DNA from: Paragordius varius
Lineage: Eukaryota; Animalia; Nematomorpha
Direction of reading: 5' to 3'
Assembly: GCA_964247055.1 (NCBI GenBank)
Contig: OZ176050.1
Location: 248,001-312,000 of the forward strand
Length of the DNA stretch: 64,000 bases
Shown here: positions 1-10,366 of the stretch, piece by piece
How the letters are laid out: each line of letters starts with the position of its first letter
Numbering within the stretch: position 1 is the stretch's first letter
Notes under the pieces: model-generated
Seen by the model: the letters and a program-made list of their open reading frames with translations, nothing else
The model's database searches: none
What the model was told of the DNA's origin: nothing
Position numbers and translations under genes: made by a program

Positions 1-4
1 TTTT

Positions 5-176
5 GGGTAGCCCTATGGTAGTTCCATCATCACCCCAAATATTTTCGAGATCGGAGTATAAATGTAATTTTTATGAATTTTTTAAATATTTAAAAAATTT
101 ATTTTATACGATTTTAAAAATAAAAATGGCTACCTAAAATCCAAATTTGATCAGGTGATGTCACCATAATTTTTTT
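5..176 (+). repeat. Representative monomer (172 bp, T7 allele); bipartite, with a 71-bp AT block (57-127) and a 101-bp moderately GC-rich block
   Basis: Positions 57-127 contain only 4 G/C. The remaining 101 bp contain 41 G/C. Each monomer has one BclI site (tgatca, 148-153). Confidence 0.97.
76..99. other. Perfect 24-bp palindrome AATTTTTTAAATATTTAAAAAATT, present in most monomers (first copy given)
   Basis: The sequence equals its own reverse complement, checked base by base. It extends to 30 bp in monomers with the tatGaa>tatAaa variant, e.g. 16446-16475. Confidence 0.95.
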
Positions 177-184
177 GGGTAGCC
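128..184. other. Imperfect 12-bp inverted repeat spanning the monomer junction (ggctacctaaaa ... ttttgggtagcc)
   Basis: The reverse complement of 173-184 is ggctacccaaaa, an 11/12 match to 128-139. The 33-nt spacer itself contains caaatttg, tgatca and ggtga-tg-tcacc dyads. Confidence 0.85.
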
Positions 185-3100
185 CTATGGTAGTTCCATC
201 ATCACCCCGAATACTTTGGGGATCGGACTATAAATGTAATTTTTTTGAATTTTTTAAATATTTAAAAAATTTATTTTATACGATTTTAAAAATAAAAATG
301 GCTACCTAAAATCCAAATTTGATCAGGTGATGTCGCCATAATTTTTTTTGCGTAGCCCTATGGTAGTTCCATCATCACCCCAAATATTTTGGGGATCGGA
401 CTATAAATGTAATTTTTATGAATTTTTTAAATATTTAAAAAATTTATTTTATACGATTTTAAAAATAAAAATGGCTACCTAAAATCCAAATTTGATCAGG
501 TGATGTCATTATAATTTTTTTTGGGTAGCCCTATGGTAGTTCCATCATCACCCCAAATATTTTCGAGATCGGAATATAAATGTAATTTTTATGAATTTTT
601 TAAATATTTAAAAAATTTATTTTATACGATTTTAAAAATAAAAATGGCTACCTAAAATCCAAATTTGATCAGGTGATGTCACCATAATTTTTTTGGGTAG
701 CCCTATGGTAGTTCCATCATCACCCCAAATATTGTCGACATCGGAGTATAAATGTAATTTTTATGAATTTTTTAAATATTTAAAAAATTTATTTTATACG
801 ATATTAAAAATAAAAATGGCTACCTAAAATCCAAATTTAATCAGGTGATGTCACCATAGTTTTTTTGGGTAGCCCTATAGTAGTTCCATCATCACCCCAA
901 ATATTTACGAGATCGGAGTATAAATGTAATTTTTATGAATTTTTTAAATATTTAAAAAATTTATTTTATACGATTTTAAAAATAAAAATGGCTACCTAAA
1001 ATCCAAATTTGATCAGGTGATGTCGCCATAATTTTTTTTGCGTAGCCCTATGGTAGTTCCATCATCACCCCAAATATTTTGGGGATCGGACTATAAATGT
1101 AATTTTTATGAATTTTTTAAATATTTAAAAAATTTATTTTATACGATTTTAAAAATAAAAATGGCTACCTAAAATCCAAATTTGATCAGGTGATGTCACC
1201 ATAATTTTTTTTGGGTAGCCCTATGGTAGTTCCATCATCACCCCGAATACTTTGGGGATCGGACTATAAATGTAATTTTTTTAAATTTTTTAAATATTTA
1301 AAAAATTTATTTTATACGATTTTAAAAATAAAAATGGCTACCTAAAATCCAAATTTGATCAGGTGATGTCGCCATAATTTTTTTTGCGTAGCCCTATGGT
1401 AGTTCCATCATCACCCCAAATATTTTGGGGATCGGACTATAAATGTAATTTTTATGAATTTTTTAAATATTTAAAAAATTTATTTTATACGATTTTAAAA
1501 ATAAAAATGGCTACCTAAAATCCAAATTTGATCAGGTGATGTCACCATAATTTTTTTTGGGTAGCCCTATGGTAGTTCCATCATCACCCCAAATATTTTC
1601 GAGATCGGAGTATAAATGTAATTTTTATGAATTTTTTAAATATTTAAAAAATTTATTTTATACGATTTTAAAAATAAAAATGGCTACCTAAAATCCAAAT
1701 TTGATCAGGTGATGTCACTATAATTTTTTTGGGTAGCCCTATGGTAGTTCCATCATCACCCCGAATACTTTGGGGATCGGACTATAAATGTAATTTTTTT
1801 AAATTTTTTAAATATTTAAAAAATTTATTTTATACGATTTTAAAAATAAAAATGGCTACCTAAAATCCAAATTTGATCAGGTGATGTCGCCATAATTTTT
1901 TTTGCGTAGCCCTATGGTAGTTCCATCATCACCCCAAATATTTTGGGGATCGGACTATAAATGTAATTTTTATGAATTTTTTAAATATTTAAAAAATTTA
2001 TTTTATACGATTTTAAAAATAAAAATGGCTACCTAAAATCCAAATTTGATCAGGTGATGTCACCATAATTTTTTTTGGGTAGCCCTATGGTAGTTCCATC
2101 ATCACCCCAAATATTTTCGAGATCGGAGTATAAATGTAATTTTTATGAATTTTTTAAATATTTAAAAAATTTATTTTATACGATTTTAAAAATAAAAATG
2201 GCTACCTAAAATCCAAATTTGATCAGGTGATGTCACTATAATTTTTTTGGGTAGCCCTATGGTAGTTCCATCATCACCCCAAATATTTTCGAGATCGGAG
2301 TATAAATGTAATTTTTATGAATTTTTTAAATATTTAAAAAATTTATTTTATACGATTTTAAAAATAAAAATGGCTACCTAAAATCCAAATTTGATCAGGT
2401 GATGTCACCATAATTTTTTTGGGTAGCCCTATGGTAGTTCCATCATCACCCCGAATACTTTGGGGATCGGACTATAAATGTAATTTTTTTGAATTTTTTA
2501 AATATTTAAAAAATTTATTTTATACGATTTTAAAAATAAAAATGGCTACCTAAAATCCAAATTTGATCAGGTGATGTCGCCATAATTTTTTTTGGGTAGC
2601 CACCTATGGTAGTTCCATCATCACCCCAAATATTTTCGAGATCGGAGTATAAATGTAATTTTTATGAATTTTTTAAATATTTAAAAAATTTATTTTATAC
2701 GATTTTAAAAATAAAAATGGCTACCTAAAATCCAAATTTGATCAGGTGATGTCACTATAATTTTTTTGGGTAGCCCTATGGTAGTTCCATCATCACCCGA
2801 AATATTTTCGAGATCGGAGTTTAAATGTAATTTTTATGAATTTTTTAAATATTTAAAAAATTTATTTTATACGATTTTAAAAATAAAAATGGCTACCTAA
2901 AATCCAAATTTGATCAGGTGATGTCACCATAATTTTTTTTGGGTAGCCCTATGGTAGTTCCATCATCACCCCAAATATTTTCGAGATCGGAGTATAAATG
3001 TATTTTTTATGAATTTTTTAAATATTTAAAAAATTTATTTTATACGATTTTAAAAATAAAAATGGCTACCTAAAATCCAAATTTGATCAGGTGATGTCGC

Positions 3101-6100
3101 CATAATTTTTTTTGGGTAGCCCTATGGTAGTTCCATCATCACCCCAAATATTTTCGAGATCGGAGTATAAATGTAATTTTTATGAATTTTTTAAATATTT
3201 AAAAAATTTATTTTATACGATTTTAAAAATAAAAATGGCTACCTAAAATCCAAATTTGATCAGGTGATGTCACCATAATTTTTTTGGGTAGCCCTATGGT
3301 AGTTCCATCATCACCCCGAATACTTTGGGGATCGGACTATAAATGTAATTTTTTTGAATTTTTTAAATATTTAAAAAATTTATTTTATACGATTTTAAAA
3401 ATAAAAATGGCTACCTAAAATCCAAATTTGATCAGGTGATGTCGCCATAATTTTTTTTGCGTAGCCCTATGGTAGTTCCATCATCACCCCAAATATTTTG
3501 GGGATCGGACTATAAATGTAATTTTTATGAATTTTTTAAATATTTAAAAAATTTATTTTATACGATTTTAAAAATAAAAATGGCTACCTAAAATCCAAAT
3601 TTGATCAGGTGATGTCATTATAATTTTTTTTGGGTAGCCCTATGGTAGTTCCATCATCACCCCAAATATTTTCGAGATCGGAATATAAATGTAATTTTTA
3701 TGAATTTTTTAAATATTTAAAAAATTTATTTTATACGATTTTAAAAATAAAAATGGCTACCTAAAATCCAAATTTGATCAGGTGATGTCACCATAATTTT
3801 TTTGGGTAGCCCTATGGTAGTTCCATCATCACCCCAAATATTGTCGACATCGGAGTATAAATGTAATTTTTATGAATTTTTTAAATATTTAAAAAATTTA
3901 TTTTATACGATATTAAAAATAAAAATGGCTACCTAAAATCCAAATTTAATCAGGTGATGTCACCATAATTTTTTTGGGTAGCCCTATAGTAGTTCCATCA
4001 TCACCCCAAATATTTACGAGATCGGAGTATAAATGTAATTTTTATGAATTTTTTAAATATTTAAAAAATTTATTTTATACGATTTTAAAAATAAAAATGG
4101 CTACCTAAAATCCAAATTTGATCAGGTGATGTCGCCATAATTTTTTTTGCGTAGCCCTATGGTAGTTCCATCATCACCCCAAATATTTTGGGGATCGGAC
4201 TATAAATGTAATTTTTATGAATTTTTTAAATATTTAAAAAATTTATTTTATACGATTTTAAAAATAAAAATGGCTACCTAAAATCCAAATTTGATCAGGT
4301 GATGTCACCATAATTTTTTTTGGGTAGCCCTATGGTAGTTCCATCATCACCCCGAATACTTTGGGGATCGGACTATAAATGTAATTTTTTTAAATTTTTT
4401 AAATATTTAAAAAATTTATTTTATACGATTTTAAAAATAAAAATGGCTACCTAAAATCCAAATTTGATCAGGTGATGTCGCCATAATTTTTTTTGCGTAG
4501 CCCTATGGTAGTTCCATCATCACCCCAAATATTTTGGGGATCGGACTATAAATGTAATTTTTATGAATTTTTGAAATATTTAAAAAATTTATTTTATACG
4601 ATTTTAAAAATAAAAATGGCTACCTAAAATCCAAATTTGATCAGGTGATGTCACCATAATTTTTTTTGGGTAGCCCTATGGTAGTTCCATCATCACCCCA
4701 AATATTTTCGAGATCGGAGTATAAATGTAATTTTTATGAATTTTTTAAATATTTAAAAAATTTATTTTATACGATTTTAAAAATAAAAATGGCTACCTAA
4801 AATCCAAATTTGATCAGGTGATGTCACTATAATTTTTTTGGGTAGCCCTATGGTAGTTCCATCATCACCCCGAATACTTTGGGGATCGGACTATAAATGT
4901 AATTTTTTTAAATTTTTTAAATATTTAAAAAATTTATTTTATACGATTTTAAAAATAAAAATGGCTACCTAAAATCCAAATTTGATCAGGTGATGTCGCC
5001 ATAATTTTTTTTGCGTAGCCCTATGGTAGTTCCATCATCACCCCAAATATTTTGGGGATCGGACTATAAATGTAATTTTTATGAATTTTTTAAATATTTA
5101 AAAAATTTATTTTATACGATTTTAAAAATAAAAATGGCTACCTAAAATCCAAATTTGATCAGGTGATGTCACCATAATTTTTTTTGGGTAGCCCTATGGT
5201 AGTTCCATCATCACCCCAAATATTTTCGAGATCGGAGTATAAATGTAATTTTTATGAATTTTTTAAATATTTAAAAAATTTATTTTATACGATTTTAAAA
5301 ATAAAAATGGCTACCTAAAATCCAAATTTGATCAGGTGATGTCACTATAATTTTTTTGGGTAGCCCTATGGTAGTTCCATCATCACCCCAAATATTTTCG
5401 AGATCGGAGTATAAATGTAATTTTTATGAATTTTTTAAATATTTAAAAAATTTATTTTATACGATTTTAAAAATAAAAATGGCTACCTAAAATCCAAATT
5501 TGATCAGGTGATGTCACCATAATTTTTTTGGGTAGCCCTATGGTAGTTCCATCATCACCCCGAATACTTTGGGGATCGGACTATAAATGTAATTTTTTTG
5601 AATTTTTTAAATATTTAAAAAATTTATTTTATACGATTTTAAAAATAAAAATGGCTACCTAAAATCCAAATTTGATCAGGTGATGTCGCCATAATTTTTT
5701 TTGCGTAGCCCTATGGTAGTTCCATCATCACCCCAAATATTTTGGGGATCGGACTATAAATGTAATTTTTATGAATTTTTTAAATATTTAAAAAATTTAT
5801 TTTATACGATTTTAAAAATAAAAATGGCTACCTAAAATCCAAATTTGATCAGGTGATGTCATTATAATTTTTTTTGGGTAGCCCTATGGTAGTTCCATCA
5901 TCACCCCAAATATTTTCGAGATCGGAATATAAATGTAATTTTTATGAATTTTTTAAATATTTAAAAAATTTATTTTATACGATTTTAAAAATAAAAATGG
6001 CTACCTAAAATCCAAATTTGATCAGGTGATGTCACCATAATTTTTTTGGGTAGCCCTATGGTAGTTCCATCATCACCCCAAATATTGTCGACATCGGAGT

Positions 6101-8812
6101 ATAAATGTAATTTTTATGAATTTTTTAAATATTTAAAAAATTTATTTTATACGATATTAAAAATAAAAATGGCTACCTAAAATCCAAATTTAATCAGGTG
6201 ATGTCACCATAATTTTTTTGGGTAGCCCTATAGTAGTTCCATCATCACCCCAAATATTTCCGAGATCGGAGTATAAATGTAATTTTTATGAATTTTTTAA
6301 ATATTTAAAAAATTTATTTTATACGATTTTAAAAATAAAAATGGCTACCTAAAATCCAAATTTGATCAGGTGATGTCGCCATAATTTTTTTTGCGTAGCC
6401 CTATGGTAGTTCCATCATCACCCCAAATATTTTGGGGATCGGACTATAAATGTAATTTTTATGAATTTTTTAAATATTTAAAAAATTTATTTTATACGAT
6501 TTTAAAAATAAAAATGGCTACCTAAAATCCAAATTTGATCAGGTGATGTCACCATAATTTTTTTTGGGTAGCCCTATGGTAGTTCCATCATCACCCCGAA
6601 TACTTTGGGGATCGGACTATAAATGTAATTTTTTTGAATTTTATAAATATTTAAAAAATTTATTTTATACGATTTTAAAAATAAAAATGGCTACCTAAAA
6701 TCCAAATTTGATCAGGTGATGTCGCCATAATTTTTTTTGCGTAGCCCTATGGTAGTTCCATCATCACCCCAAATATTTTGGGGATCGGACTATAAATGTA
6801 ATTTTTATGAATTTTTTAAATATTTAAAAAATTTATTTTATACGATTTTAAAAATAAAAATGGCTACCTAAAATCCAAATTTGATCAGGTGATGTCACCA
6901 TAATTTTTTTTGGGTAGCCCTATGGTAGTTCCATCATCACCCCAAATATTTTCGAGATCGGAGTATAAATGTAATTTTTATGAATTTTTTAAATATTTAA
7001 AAAATTTATTTTATACGATTTTAAAAATAAAAATGGCTACCTAAAATCCAAATTTGATCAGGTGATGTCGCCATAATTTTTTTTGGGTAGCCCTATGGTA
7101 GTTCCATCATCACCCCAAATATTTTCGAGATCGGAGTATAAATGTAATTTTTATGAATTTTTTAAATATTTAAAAAATTTATTTTATACGATTTTAAAAA
7201 TAAAAATGGCTACCTAAAATCCAAATTTGATCAGGTGATGTCACCATAATTTTTTTTGGGTAGCCCTATGGTAGTTCCATCATCACCCCAAATATTTTCG
7301 AGATCGGAGTATAAATGTATTTTTTATGAATTTTTTAAATATTTAAAAAATTTATTTTATACGATTTTAAAAATAAAAATGGCTAACTAAAATCCAAATT
7401 TGATCAGGTGATGTCGCCATAATTTTTTTTGGGTAGCCCTATGGTAGTTCCATCATCACCCCAAATATTTTCGAGATCGGAGTATAAATGTAATTTTTAT
7501 GAATTTTTTAAATATTTAAAAAATTTATTTTATACGATTTTAAAAATAAAAATGGCTACCTAAAATCCAAATTTGATCAGGTGATGTCACCATAATTTTT
7601 TTGGGTAGCCCTATGGTAGTTCCATCATCACCCCGAATACTTTGGGGATCGGACTATAAATGTAATTTTTTTGAATTTTTTAAATATTTAAAAAATTTAT
7701 TTTATACGATTTTAAAAATAAAAATGGCTACCTAAAATCCAAATTTGATCAGGTGATGTCGCCATAATTTTTTTTGCGTAGCCCTATGGTAGTTCCATCA
7801 TCACCCCAAATATTTTGGGGATCGGACTATAAATGTAATTTTTATGAATTTTTTAAATATTTAAAAAATTTATTTTATACGATTTTAAAAATAAAAATGG
7901 CTACCTAAAATCCAAATTTGATCAGGTGATGTCATTATAATTTTTTTTGGGTAGCCCTATGGTAGTTCCATCATCACCCCAAATATTTTCGAGATCGGAG
8001 TATAAATGTAATTTTTATGAATTTTTTAAATATTTAAAAAATTTATTTTATACGAATTTAAAAATAAAAATGGCTACCTAAAATCCAAATTTGATCAGGT
8101 GATGTCACCATAATTTTTTTTGGGTAGCCCTATGGTAGTTCCATCATCACCCCAAATATTTTCGAGATCGGACTATAAATGTAATTTTTATGAATTTTTT
8201 AAATATTTAAAAAATTTATTTTATACGATTTTAAAAATAAAAATGGCTACCTAAAATCCAAATTTGATCAGGTGATGTCATTATAATTTTTTTTGGGTAG
8301 CCCTATGGTAGTTCCATCATCACCCCAAATATTTTCGAGATCGGAATATAAATGTAATTTTTATGAATTTTTTAAATATTTAAAAAATTTATTTTATACG
8401 ATTTTAAAAATAAAAATGGCTACCTAAAATCCATATTTGATCAGGTGATGTCACCATAATTTTTTTGGGTAGCCCTATGGTAGTTCCATCATCACCCCAA
8501 ATATTGTCGACATCGGAGTATAAATGTAATTTTTATGAATTTTTTAAATATTTAAAAAATTTATTTTATACGATATTAAAAATAAAAATGGCTACCTAAA
8601 ATCCAAATTTAATCAGGTGATGTCACCATAATTTTTTTTGGGTAGCCCTATAGTAGTTCCATCATCACCCCAAATATTTCCGAGATCGGAGTATAAATGT
8701 AATTTTTATGAATTTTTTAAATATTTAAAAAATTTATTTTATACGATTTTAAAAATAAAAATGGCTACCTAAAATCCAAATTTGATCAGGTGATGTCGCC
8801 ATAATTATTTTT
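177..8812 (+). repeat. Higher-order repeat domain: about 13-monomer unit in four length-variable copies
   Basis: The linked marker set tcatt/ggaat, gtcgac(SalI)+gatatt+aatttaat and tatag recurs. SalI sites are at 734, 3843, 6087 and 8506, with spacings of 3109, 2244 and 2419 bp (18, 13 and 14 monomers). Confidence 0.9.
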
Positions 8813-10366
8813 GGGTAGCCCTATAGTAGTTCCATCATCACCTTAAATATTTTGGAGGATCGGACTATAAATGTAATTTTTATGAATTTTTTAAATATTT
8901 AAAAAATTTATTTTATACGATTTTAAAAATAAAAATGGCTACCTAAAATCCAAATTTGATCAGGTGATGTCACTATAATTTTTTTTGGGTAGCCCTATGG
9001 TAGTTCCATCATCACCCCAAATATTTTGGGGATCGGACTATAAATGTAATTTTTATGAATTTTTTAAATATTTAAAAAATTTATTTTATACGATTTTAAA
9101 AATGAAAATGGCTACCTAAAATCCAAATTTGATCAGGTGATGTCGCCATAATTTTTTTTGGGTAGCCCTATGGTAGTTCCATCATAACCCCAAATATTTT
9201 TGAGATCGGACTTTAAATGTAATTTTTTTGAATTTTTTAAATTTTTAAAAAATTTATTTTATACGATTTTAAAAATAAAAATGGCTACCTAAAATCCAAA
9301 TTTGATCAGGTGATGTCGCCATAATTTTTTTGGGTAGCCCTATGGTAGTTCCATCATCACCCCAAATATTGTCGAGATCGGAGTATAAATGTAATTTTTT
9401 TGAATTTTTTAAATATTTAAAAAATTTATTTTATACGATTTTAAAAATAAAAATAGCTACCTAAAATCCAAATATGATCAGGTGATGTCACTATAATTTT
9501 TTTGGGTAGCCCTATGGTAGTTCCATCATCACCCCAAATATTTTGGGGATCGGACTATAAATGTAATTTTTATGAATTTTTTAAATATTTAAAAAATTTA
9601 TTTTATACGATTTTAAAAATAAAAATGGCTACCTAAAATCCAAATTTGATCAGGTGATGTCACTATAATTTTTTTGGGTAGCCCTATGGTAGTTCCATCA
9701 TCACCCCAAATATTTTGGGGATCGGACTATAAATGTAATTTTTATGAATTTTTTAAATATTTAAAAAATTTATTTTATACGATTTTAAAAATAAAAATGG
9801 CTACCTAAAATCCAAATTTGATCAGGTGATGTCACCATAATTTGTTTTGGGTAGCCCTATGGTAGTTCCATCATCACCCCAAATATTTTCGAGATCGGAG
9901 TATAAATGTAATTTTTATGAATTTTATAAATATTTAAAAAATTTATTTTATACGATTTTAAAAATAAAAATGGCTACCTAAAATCCAAATTTGATCAGGT
10001 GATGTCACCATAATTTTTTTGGTAGCCCTATGGTAGTTCCATCATCACCCCAAATATTTTGGATATCGGACTATAAATGTAATTTTTATGAATTTTTTAA
10101 ATATTTAAAAAATTTATTTTATACGATTTTAAAAATAAAAATGGCTACCTAAAATCCAAATTTGATCAGGTGATGTCGCCATAATTATTTTTGGGTAGCC
10201 CTATAGTAGTTCCATCATCACCTTAAATATTTTGGAGGATCGGACTATAAATGTAATTTTTATGAATTTTTTAAATATTTAAAAAATTTATTTTATACGA
10301 TTTTAAAAATAAAAATGGCTACCTAAAATCCAAATTTGATCAGGTGATGTCACTATAATTTTTTTT

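Noticed and set aside
43-59. CENP-B box-like motif (ttcg...cgg)
   Set aside because: Only TTCG matches. The required A at position 10 and CGGG at positions 13-16 of the 17-bp box are absent, and the spacing is wrong.
57-124. TATA box (tataaat, 57-63) and polyadenylation signal (aataaa, 119-124) in each monomer
   Set aside because: Both are expected by chance in a 94%-AT block. There is no gene context or other promoter evidence.
2594-2610. 2-bp insertion (gggtagccACctatgg) and other singletons such as aatgatcttg at 10481
   Set aside because: These are unique and not replicated in a duplicated copy. They cannot be distinguished from sequencing error and have no interpretable consequence.
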